The notes beneath the pieces were generated by a model. The model was not told the DNA's origin, did not search any database, and saw only the letters and a list, made by a program, of their open reading frames with translations. DNA of 61,372 bases, counting the filler, from Sphacelaria rigidula (Eukaryota), in the NCBI GenBank assembly GCA_964200075.2. It is 9 parts of 9 records of this genome, joined end to end, with 100 filler letters (N's around TTAATTAATTAA, not from the genome) between each part and the next. Parts side by side here need not be neighbours in the genome. Positions count along the whole stretch, not along the records: positions 20,494 to 27,224 come from CAXNAA020018375.1; positions 27,325 to 34,054 come from CAXNAA020018376.1; positions 34,155 to 40,884 come from CAXNAA020018377.1; 6 more parts are not named here. One strand, given 5' to 3'. Shown here one piece after another: positions 25,827 through 36,726 of the stretch. Numbering within the stretch: the first letter of the stretch is position 1; each line of letters starts with the position of its first letter. Both the position numbers and the translations under genes were made by a program.

Positions 25827-28800
25827 CTGGTTTAGGCGGTGAAGGTATCAAGGATATAGCAGCAGAAAAGCGCAGATCGGCATGCAGGGCAGCAAGATAG
25901 GCCCGAGGGGGGGTTAATCTTTTAAAAAAAATAAAGCGGTAGATACTACCAGCTAAGTGAGAAATTATGCTGCGGATGAAATATCAGATACTTGCCAGAA
26001 GCACCAATTTGGCTTGACGCTACACCATGGGGGGGAGGGGGGGGGTATCTTGAATGCATCGGACTTTTATATGCATATCTTTTCAGGCTGTTAGTGTATC
26101 TATATACCCCGCAAGGCATACGACTCTGTATACCCGTGATCGTTCTGCAAGGACGACATTTGGAGCAAGACACCTTGTGCTGAGTACAGGCAGAGGTCGC
26201 GGAGACAAGCCCAGAAAAGGCCACCTGAACGGAGTTTGTCGCCAAAATCAAATGCACCTGTGATCCGCTGGTTTGGCCATCTAGATAGCATAATGTCGCA
26301 AGGTTGCGTTCTGTAGGGTACGGTTATGTTCGGTTGGGCATGAGATTTCCCACAAAGCTTACTAAATCTACACATGACCTGTCAGGTACGGCATGGAGGT
26401 TGTACAGAAGCCGTTACTCGCAGCCGGGTATTTCTACAAGGGTATTCTCGTTGACCAGGTAATAGTTAGAGGTGGGCACCTTTGAACAAACATAAAACAG
26501 TTATCACTGATTCTTGGAGACCTTAGTAGGCGTTTACCGGCCTCGGCTTTGAGAAAAAAAAATCCGGTTGCGGCGGTTCAGCGGAAAACCGGTTTTTCCG
26601 GGGGAAAGAGGCATTATTACGGCGGTTTGGCAGCAACAGCGTGACATGACACGTCACACGTCACCCTTTTCCTGGCGTGTGACCTAATCCTGTACCTGAT
26701 GGATACACTCGACTCATTTTCAGAGGCCATCTCCTCAAAGCGGCTGGTTTCTTTACAGATGAGCACCGGGGTGTTAAGTTACCATCCAAATTTTATCGTT
26801 CATTGCCGTGATGGGTGAATACCATGATTGAACGTTAACGACCAAAAAAAGCCATGCCGAAGTGAGCCTTCGTTTTTGCTTCATTTCTTTATTTTGTATT
26901 TGCTATCTTTACTATATTTATTTGATCATCTTTCTTCTTCCTTTGTTTATTTTCAAGGTATTTCTTTTTCCTCAGGGTGTTTCTTCAACTATCTTTTCTT
27001 TCATTTATTTCAGTGACATTTTTATTTTATTTTTCTCTTACGAAGTTTTTATTTCATGTCATGATTATTTTTATACCTCATTTCAACTTTATTTTCACAC
27101 TTATGTTTCAGGAGGGGTACGCGGATCGTATGCTGCCCCCACACACATGGGGGGGGGGGGGGGGGGGGTTTTTTGGTTTCGTGGCTCTGGTAGTTTTGCA
27201 TGTGCGATGAAATATTTTGACGAGNNNNNNNNNNNNNNNNNNNNNNNNNNNNNNNNNNNNNNNNNNNNTTAATTAATTAANNNNNNNNNNNNNNNNNNNN
27301 NNNNNNNNNNNNNNNNNNNNNNNNGCGCCTGATGTTCGGGTCCAGGCTGCATGAGGCGCCTCATATTGGCGACATTGGCTAGAACGAACCCAAGCGTGGG
27401 AATTGGCAGCTTCTTGTTGTTTTCGGCTATTCCTACTTCGATTTACGTGAAAAATTTGCTTCCCAAAACCATGCACTTTTGGGGGGGGGGGGCTATCGTA
27501 GAAAGTGTCCTTCAAGCGGCGCGAGCACACCCGAATGGGCCTTAGTCTTGAGGTTCATCTTGTAGTCTCAGCTCATGTATCACTTCATGCTTTCTTTCTT
27601 CGATTGAGTCTCAGTAGACATACAATACCCCGAAATCATACTGTTATTTATGTGGGTATGTGCCCACTGGCGTGCGTCATGGGCGGTGCATTTACCAGTT
27701 CCACTCATTCCAGCAGTACGCATGACAAACGTGAATTTCCGCCTGATCAGCTGTCTTGTCTTGAAGCATCTTTTTCGCAGGGTACCGTCATGGTCAAGCG
27801 TACTTTGATTATTTTTGATTCGACTGATTGCGTTTCTTCACTTTACCCCAAGCGCAGGGTAAACCACTATAGCTGTCTCCGTCGCTTGATTACCTTTGTG
27901 CCGTCGTAAGCGTGAGCACGAGCGCGTCGCTCCCAGCGCGCATCATGATGGCTGATTATTCGTTTTGTCACCTGATGCCCTTGCTAACTTATGGCGAGGT
28001 GGTGAAAACGCACATGTTTTGCTCTCTTTTATTAATAAGACGATTGAATATCTCAGTGAACATCTTCCTGAACATTTTACCTCTCCTAGCTTGCGTTGCA
28101 CCGCAGATGATTTGATCGAACACAATAGTCCCGGTGGAAAGCGCCATGATACCAGTAAACGGCAGTCTCCTGGTTGTTGTCAGCATTTGCTTAACTCTAC
28201 AGTGTAGGTTGATCACCGAACTAGGCAAACAACAAAACTTCGGTCAACGATTACGGAATTTCACTGTTTCGTGTGGGACCTTTCATTCTACTTATTATTT
28301 GACTGCCATTCATTTGTGCACGAGTTCGTTCAAGTTTATTTACTACAGGGCGATCCTTTCACATCTGCAAGACTACAGTGCTCAAACTCCAAACCGTCTC
28401 ACCGTCGATCTAGTAACAATCGTGAGTTCACAGCGCGTGGGGAGACAGTCCAACGCAGTACAGTACACGTCGATCGTTAGGATATCCTTGTTCACAGCTT
28501 CAGGTGATTCGATTTCTTTTGTTCCTTGGTGGTGTTGATAGCCAGAGTCTTCTCGAGAGCTTCTTCTGAACACCAGGGCATCCTAGTGTTGCACCGGTTC
28601 TTAGAAAGAATCGGATTCAACCAGATGTAAGAGGCATGTTTTTATGTACTCCGTATCTTGACGGATTACTTAACATCCTCACCCCTGACCGCAGGTACTA
28701 GCTCGTTCCTGCGATCAGCCCTCCGGGCGCGTATCTTCGTTCCGAATCAACGGCCCATCATTGTACTGTCCCCCTTCCACCGCATCACGCCGCGATCCGT

Positions 28801-29319
28801 AACATATGCGCCATGCTAGCAACAGTTAGGTCACCACCATAGGTATCTTTTTTCACTCCACATGTTCAAATAGGTTTCTACAAGTGTTTGATCTCTCATA
28901 CACCCCTCTCAACTGGCGTGTTCACGTCGGGAGCCCGGCTGGCGGGGGAGGTGTGGGTAAACACAATGATGAATAACACCCCCCTGAGTTCAAATTGGAT
29001 TTATCTGTTATTGCCGCAGCACCGTCCTTGCTGGCATATGTGTGTGACAGAGAACAGTCGTAGCGGTGACGGGAATATTGCCCTATTTTTTCAACATGTT
29101 TTCAGCGCACAGAGGCACGTCCTGTCCAAAATGAGAGGCAGAGATTAATCGATGTTCGCGTTGGCGACAGGCAAGAAGAGACGGCGGGATTTCTCCGCAC
29201 GTCGATGCTCTGGCATATGAAAAATTTGGCACATGCTGGTAAGATCAAGGATGCCAGTCTCTCGAGCGATTGGTAATCGCCGAGGGGGGACACACAAAGG
29301 GCACGGGCGAGGAGCTCCC

Positions 29320-29640
29320 TCTCTGTCGTTGCTTCTCTCTCTGGTGATATCGGCATAGACACGCGTGTACACCGCATTTCGTTGGGTGCACATAGCCAGA
29401 GTTGCTTAACCCTTGGATCGCGGTGCCCGTAGTCCATCTGGACCACGTGTACTTTTTTCAAGTGAATATTGATGCCGATTCAGCAGATGACCTACTCTCG
29501 CGGTCTAACGGTTATCTCCTGTTGCGGAGGTTTGGGAAGGAAGATACTTTCGCTCTGTGTTACCCTTTCGTATCTTCCCTGCGATAGAGGAATGGGACTT
29601 CAACCTCATTTTTTGTTTCAACTCCAAAATTAAAAATCGG
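29320..29640 (+). repeat. Dispersed repeat family C
   Basis: Matches 6866..7040 plus 7297..7325. Confidence 0.7.
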
Positions 29641-30223
29641 CTGTTAACTTCAGTATTCTCTTTACGTCCGACAGAACAGGTTCTAAACTTATTTGATACC
29701 AGTGCTTAATTTAGAACAGTCTCTAAAGCGTTTTCAGATGTTGCATCCGGTTCAGAACCGTTGTCGGATATTTGTTGCATTCGACTTCAAAATATTCCCA
29801 AAATGTCGTCAGATGTATGCTATCGTATTCGGTTGAGAGCAGTTGCCACGACGTTGTCATGTTCATTGCAGTCAGTCTTTTGAGGACAACATCCTAACCA
29901 AAATGATGTCGGATATCCGATATATCGTATGTCTGCTTATTCAGAACAACTTATTTTCCAAACGTTGTCAACTATCTATCTGTAACATTTGGTGAAATGT
30001 TGTCGGATATTTGTTCATATCAGGACGACGTGCCGAAGCGTTGCAAAACATTGATATCTGTGCGACTACATATGTGTGCATGATACGTTCGGCATTACTC
30101 TAGAATAAGATTTACATACACATGTTTGAAAATAATATACGTACCCTTACAGACATATTTAGCATGATAATGAGTACGACGCTTTGGGCAAACCCTTCAT
30201 AAAGTATTGACATATGATGATAA

Positions 30224-31274
30224 TAGCCAATCATCGAAATTGAGGATGCACACGTGGCCATTTGGCTACCCCCCAAAATGCCTCGGGAGGGATGCGTGGT
30301 CCTCCAGAGGCAAAACAAGCCTTCGAAGACCTTCAATCCCTCTGGAGAAAACCAACCACTAGACGGGAGAAGAATCAAGTAGCACACGCGGCGGGTGCAG
30401 GAAATGTGTTCTCCCTTGGGAGGTCGGGTGAGGTTTGTCGAATCATAACACGCAACGGATGAATTGTGTCCAATTGTATCCATCGACAATAATTAGCGAA
30501 AACACCAAAATGTTCCATTAGCAAAACAGCAATGGGTTCCCGGGTCGGGTATGGCACACCGGTAAACAGGAAACCTTGTTTTGTTCCACTTGCCACTCGC
30601 ACGGGTCTGAAAAATACGCGTTGGGCGAATATTGTTGCGTCTGAGCTGTGAGCCATCAACCATGTCTTGCTCAATAACCGTCAATTGTAAATGATTAATT
30701 TTTCATCGTGAGTTCCAAAAAGGTTAGCCACTCTGGAGGAAACAAAAAAATCTCCTCTGGAGGGCCGCGCACCCCTCCGAAGGCTTTTGCTTCCTCTAGA
30801 GGCTTGAAAAGTTGACCCACCTGACGGAGGTTGCGGGTAGCGAAATGGCCGCGTGTGTGGAGCTTTTCATCGAGGATGAGAACCCGGAGGATTAAAATAT
30901 TCGTATCTACACCAAATCTTCGAAGTGTGATTCCATATTTTCACTTGCTGGTAGCTATTGACAACTACTGCACGCCCCACAAATTTGGATGTCGATAACC
31001 GAAATGTTGGGGTTCTAGATGAAGTAAACATTTTGGGTAGTTCAGGTGATCCGATCGGATCGCCGATATTCCTCGAGATTGCTTTTTCATCTAGGATCCC
31101 AACATTTCAGTTATCGACATCCAAATTTGTATGACGTGTAGTACTTATCAATAGCTACCAGTAGGTGAGGGAATTGAGCCATATTTCAAAGTTTTGGTGT
31201 GGATACGAAGATTTTAATCCTTCGGGTTGTCATTCTCAATGACAAGCTGCGTCCTCAATTTCGATCATCGGCTG
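30224..31274. mobile_element. TIR element (family E, internally deleted) with a younger fold-back nested in its right TIR
   Basis: Left tagccaatcatcgaaattgaggatgcacacgtggccatttggctaccc pairs with right gggtagcgaaatggccgcgtgt[insertion]gcgtcctcaatttcgatcatcggctg. The interior matches 48226..48357 plus 49467..49628. Confidence 0.75.
30861..31248. mobile_element. 388-bp fold-back (palindromic MITE-like) element
   Basis: acaaatttggatgtcgataaccgaaatgttggg pairs with cccaacatttcagttatcgacatccaaatttgt. Ends agctt..aagct; centre ggtgatccgatcggatcgcc. Confidence 0.9.
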
Positions 31275-31737
31275 TTTGATAATCCTGTTTTATTCCCAGT
31301 TGCCGAACAGAACACCATCATAATAATATATGTGGGTAGAACAGCTTTCCATATCCTGACAGTTGTATCCCGTTCACGGTTTTACTTGTGTGTGTCTGAA
31401 CCTACTCTGCTGCCCTAGAATGTTTGGGGCGTCACTTACTTCTTCTTCTGTAGTTTGCTTCCCTGTTCTCCCTTTTCCTTATCTTTCTCGCTACTATATA
31501 TATATATATATGTATGTGTTGTTCTCTCTTGCCCGTGTATGAGGGAGCAGTGTGGTATACCTCGCTTTATTGTGTATATTCGTGGATGATAGGGCCCTTA
31601 CCCTAAATAGAGCGGTTGTAGTAGATGAGCTGCAATCTTGTCCTTCCACGGCCTTTTGTTTTATACGATTGGGTATGTATGAGTGTTGTTCTGCGCAAGA
31701 CCTTGTACGCCAAAGTCATGTGGCAGAGACCGGCCAT

Positions 31738-31805
31738 TTATTTTGTATTGTATTGTATTGTATTGTATTGTTTTGTTTTATCTTGTTTTGTTTTGTTTTG
31801 TTTTT
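31738..31805. repeat. (GTATT)n/(GTTTT)n microsatellite
   Basis: Directly visible. Confidence 0.85.
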
Positions 31806-31872
31806 ACTTATTTCTTTTCTTTTTGCTTGTGCCCTTTTGTTTTTCACGTCTTAGTCTACTATGAACAACAAA

Positions 31873-32310
31873 TTCGTGAGATTCAGAGCATAATATCGGA
31901 TTCAGAGTGGATGCACTAGCATTCCTTACAGGCATTTTTTTTTCTGCTTGAGCACACGTCCTGTGTATACAGCTACCGTACAATACCCCATTCGAGGAAT
32001 TCGGCGATCTGGTTAGTGAGATACCGCACAAGGCATTTGTACGCCTGGGGGGGCATTTCGGAACTGAAACTGCGCCAGGCACTAATCGGTGTTTCCTGAA
32101 ATAGGGAATCTTTTGTTGCAATGGACTGACTACGTCGTTGCGATCAAGTGATGTGTCAAATTGATCGTATAGGTGACAGCTTTCATTGAAACCACCGCTT
32201 CACCAGCTGGGCGCATTACTCCTCGAACTGTGGCGATTTCAAAATCAGCGGGAAAGTCGATTGTTTCGGGTTTCACTCTGAATCCGATGTTACACTCTGA
32301 ATCTCACGAA
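31873..32310. mobile_element. MITE-like element with ~37-bp TIRs
   Basis: ttcgtgagattcagagcataatatcggattcagagtg / cactctgaatccgatgttacactctgaatctcacgaa. Confidence 0.75.
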
Positions 32311-32384
32311 CATAGCGTTTATGTTGTTCTGTTGTACTTTTTGTTTTTCTTCTTTTTCTTCAGCGAGTGCTTCAGTTTTGTTTT

Positions 32385-32468
32385 GTCTTGGGTACGTCTA
32401 TCATGTGACCACGGCTGGATTTCTGGGGGGTCACTTAAAGTGCGACTGTCAATCAATCAATCAATCAC
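32385..32468 (+). mobile_element. LINE/SINE-like 3' end with a (CAAT)n tail
   Basis: ttgggtacgtctatcatgtgaccacggctgg...gggtcacttaaagtgcg..tcaatcaatcaatcaatca. Related copies at 36034..36132, 57662..57750 and (reverse) 60125..60203. Confidence 0.7.
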
Positions 32469-34154
32469 TTTAGAACAACTTCCCGATACGTTGTCGTATA
32501 CGTGTTCGTCGAGAAGAAACAGGAGGATCCTGAAAAATGAGGTTGGATAGTAAAATGGGATTTCAAGCGGCGTTCCAAAACGTCGCATGTCACGTGAAAT
32601 AGTGTTGCAAAAATAACCAATTGAGAATGTTATTTGTCTGTTGAAACTTCCAAGGACAGGTAGGATAGGGCATGTACTTTTGAATGCTCGGGTAAAATAC
32701 TCGGGTATTTACTCTACCCAGGGTTTGGGTGTGTTGGGTACGGCCTAAAATACTCTACATTTGGTTAGGTTGCACGGTTAGGACAAATCAACTCGTGAGT
32801 CAACTCAGAATCATCATTTCAATGAATAAATCATACGGTTCGTACATCATTTGTAAATTACACAGCCAACTCTTCTTCATGAATCAAGGCGTGAATGACT
32901 TGTACATGTACGCCATGTGTGACAAGTTCGACGTGAGCGCCCGTATATGTTTCCCACCTTCGGATTAATGCGGGACCTACATAAGTCATACAGGTTGATT
33001 AATCTGAAGTCATGGGCCTGAACCACACACACGTTTCTCCAACCTGTAATGCGCGCAAGATGCCTGCACTGCACAATATGTTATATTATGTTATCCACCC
33101 TCGGGTGCATGTGGGACCAACACTCGGCAAAGAGTTGAATTCTGCCATTTCATGTCCACGGGGCCTGTATCACGCGTATTTTCTCCCGTGGTTAATGCGC
33201 TGCATATGTGTTATCCACCCTCGGCTCAGCGGACGAATGGTTTATACAGCATGACTGTTTGCGCATCATGACGAGTCAAAATAACACCACACTCGGCAGG
33301 TACAAGGAAGGCGCGGCAGTTCGCCGCGGCTGTTAAGCACCGTGCACGAGCGGTACCTCGGCGTAAGGGTCGGAAGATGCGTTCTTCCAATCAAGAACCA
33401 TCGACGGCTTGGTCCTGTACTGTTGTATTGGGACCTCACAGGAAGGAAAAACACACAATAATGTACTGAAAGCACCTGTACAACGGATTGCTTCGCCGTG
33501 CCGGGAGTACAACACGGAGCACTTTTCACTTTTGTGTGCTTCAGACTAACCGACAGCGAAGGGGATGTGGCCAGCACCATAGTATGGGAAAGAAACATCG
33601 AGGATATTGTAGATGGCACATCATGAACAAAGTTACGCAGTGATGTACGGTGGTTCACCGTGGTTGGCAATTGCTGTGTACAGACAGACCTCGACGGAAC
33701 CCACCCGGGGTTTCCTTGTGCGGACCCAACAACACGGTAGGGACGGAAAAATACAATCGATTCAACTCAGAGTCACCATGATAACGAATAGATCATACTA
33801 TTCGTACATCATTTGTAATTCATACAGCTTCTTAGCTTGTGCGTGGTCCAGTATAGCCCGAAGGTACCCGCTTCATACCTTCATGAATACCGGGGTAAAT
33901 ATTGGCACATAGTCAACCCTGCAGTCAACCCTCCACTGCAAATTTGGATGCATCGATTTTACATGTCCCGCATTTCTGATTATCATGAGTCGGGAACGTC
34001 ATGTACAACTTGCTTGCCCAACTTGTTGGAGGTGAGCGCCCGTACATTTTCCCANNNNNNNNNNNNNNNNNNNNNNNNNNNNNNNNNNNNNNNNNNNNTT
34101 AATTAATTAANNNNNNNNNNNNNNNNNNNNNNNNNNNNNNNNNNNNNNNNNNNN

Positions 34155-34213
34155 GGGATGCGAGGTCAATGGTCTCATGACTATGGCATGCATGATCATG
34201 CGGATACCCCCCC
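34155..34213 (+). mobile_element. Family A terminus at contig start
   Basis: gggatgcgaggtcaatggtctcatgactatggcatgcatgatcatg followed by a C-run. Confidence 0.8.
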
Positions 34214-34834
34214 TCGCGCGCCCAATCATGGTTGAAATATTGGCACGTTGTATTTGCTTCCCTTCTGAGGGAAACACCAATTTGAAAATGCCACCGAACG
34301 GCACTATTTTCCCGCAACATTTCTATCCTTCCGTACCTTGACTGAAACCTGGACAGTCGTCATGTTGTCATGAATGCACACCCTGGAAAAGGACAATAGA
34401 TTACATTGCCAAGGTGTACTGTGTATAGTATCGAGTACGACGTCTATTGTCACGGACAATATATTCGTAGTGCACGCAGTACATTTTTCGACAATGTGAT
34501 GTATTGTCCAAGGTGGGTATGTAAGAAAAATATGCTCGCGGCATTGCACATAGTATGTGAACTCACAACTGCTTATGCGGCTTCGTATGGTAGACATGTC
34601 GGATTCATGCAGATGCTTACAGCGGAATCTTCCTTCTTGTACCAGTAGCGTCGGCGGAGTAACCGAGTAACACCGCTGTAGCTGGCGGATACTGAGATCG
34701 CTCCCCACCTCACGACCGCTCCACATATCCAACAAACTCTTCATGGCTGACTACACAAGTGTCGGATACATTCGTACGTTCACCAACCACCATTGTTTGC
34801 CCATCCATCCTTACCCCCCCTCCCCCACCGATAA

Positions 34835-34972
34835 CACCACGGCGCTTCGCGCTTGGTGATTGAGTGCGAGCCTGGTCCGGCGAAAACCCGGCNNNNNNNN
34901 NGGTCCCGGCTTTGTAGGGATGCGAGGTCAATGGTCTGATGACTATGGCAAGCATGATCATGAGTACACCCC
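34835..34972 (+). mobile_element. Family A element, truncated copy
   Basis: cacggcgcttcgcgcttggtgattgagtgcgagcctggtccggcgaaaacccgg...catgagtacacccc. Confidence 0.85.
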
Positions 34973-35080
34973 ACCCAGGAGGACAAGAGGGAAAGAAGGA
35001 CCGCGTGCACCAAGCAGTAAGGTCAAAGAAACTCAACAGCAACCACAGACAGAGGGAGCCCGCGACGACATTACCACAAA

Positions 35081-36611
35081 ATGCCGCGGATCAACTCGGA
35101 AACCACCAAGCGATCCAAGGATTCAAGAGAAGGCGGCAACAGCAGCAATCGCAGCAACCGGCGCAGCAGCAGTAGCAGCAAGAACAACATCCCCAAGTCG
35201 CTGGCTGCCAGCGACTCCAAAGGCGACACGGCCTCCCCCCAACCGCCATCTTCCAGCGGAGAATCCAGCCTACTAGAGTACTCCGTGCCGGCCTCCGGTC
35301 CTAATGGGAAAATACAAGGAATCAAAGGCCGAACCGCGGAACTTTCATCAGAAAATAAAACGGTGCCGGCATTGGTGGGCTCCTCGCAGGAAGCAGCACA
35401 TATCGCCTCAGTGGTGGCAAGTCCAGTGGGTAGTGCTATGCCCGAGGAGCAACAGAACGGCGATGGCGACATGGTTGAATCTTTTCTCCGCACGCTGAAG
35501 GGCACTCGCCCCGAGCTCTTACGGACCAGCACCTTCTATGAGGGTGCCAAGGTTTGTATATGCAGATATATAGTAGTGAGCGTACATGCAAACTGTGTCG
35601 GGGGGGGAGGATCCTCGAAAATATCACCACCTTTACTTCTTTTACCAAGGATTAACGTTCATTCCGTGATCGAAATCTCCAGGTACTGTAGGTAAATCGT
35701 AGAGTCCCCTGCTTTAACGGCCTTGTTTGTCTCAGTTCGTTTCATTTTGTGCTGTCTTATGTTGTCTTGTGTGTCGTCTTTCACGGTGTGCTTACTTACC
35801 GGAAGCCATGCCTCGGTGATTTTTCTCCTTTTTAATATAATAGAGCTGGAAACCGGTAGTGTATTAATAGTCGATGTTAGCCTCGCGGGTTTATTGTTTT
35901 TTTCATATTTTGCTCTCGTCGTATCCATTTCCGTTTTTCTCTTTCTTCTTTTGTTTGTTTTCGTTGTGCTGGTGTTTTCCTCTTCCTCCTTCCTCGAGTT
36001 TTCCTCCCGGACCGTTTCCGTTTATTTGTATACCTTGGGTATGCCCATCTTGTGACCACCGCTACATTCGTAGCGAAGCAGTTAATATGGATGTACGACG
36101 ATTCAAATCAACCAACCGACCAATCAATCGACCGTAGAATAGTAATAAGATGCATTTCCTTCGACCGAGATTTGCGTAGGGATTGTTTTTTTGTTGTTGC
36201 TGCTGTGGTCGTCGTTGTTGTTGTTCTTATTATTTCTTTTTCGAAACCTGCTCAGTCTTTCACATACTGAGAGCAGGCGGGATGTGTTGTGGAAGTGCCT
36301 CCAGCAGGGCAAGACGACGTCATAAATTCATGCTTTCGGTTTGATGTCAGAGGGGGAAGGGGGCATGGTATTGTACATGCTGCCGCCAAGTGGTGGCATG
36401 CCCGAAAAATGTTTGTTTGTTTGTTGGCATGTTTTCACTTGTGGTTTATCCTCACACGCTTTTCCCCTTCTCGCATTGTTCCACTCACCTGTCTCAGCAC
36501 GTCTACACCTCTTTGGCGGGGCTGCCCGTTTTGCGGAGCATTGCTCCCAGAGTGGAGGCCGTTGCGGAGTCGCTTGTGGACATGACTCCGCTAAAGCCGA
36601 CACCCGAGGAG
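35081..36611 (+). CDS. Two exons of an unidentified gene (Ser-rich region followed by an amphipathic segment)
   Basis: Open frame from at least 35081 to 35551 (..LLRTSTFYEGAK|gtttgt), joined in phase to 36498..36611 (cag|HVYTSLAGLPVLRSIAPRVEAVAESLVDMTPLKPTPEE|gtgag). The 5' boundary is uncertain. Confidence 0.55.
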
Positions 36612-36654
36612 GTGAGGTAATTTCTTAGAAAAGAGGGCGGTGGAGGGGGGCAGG

Positions 36655-36726
36655 GGCTTACTGATTTGTTGCTTGCCGTGATCGTTTGACCATTGACCAC
36701 GCATCTTTTTCGAGACGGAGCACCGT
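36655..36726 (-). mobile_element. Family B element
   Basis: After a G-rich run: tactgatttgttgcttgccgtgatcgtttgaccattgaccacgcatc..cgagacggagcac. Confidence 0.75.

Noticed and set aside
26100..26260. CxxC (CSKC) as the missing TFIIB Zn-ribbon exon
   Set aside because: Lacks the CxxC...G..C..CG spacing and the following EWR.F motif.
26840..27110. Hydrophobic F/L/I-rich ORF
   Set aside because: T-rich low-complexity sequence, not a membrane-protein gene.
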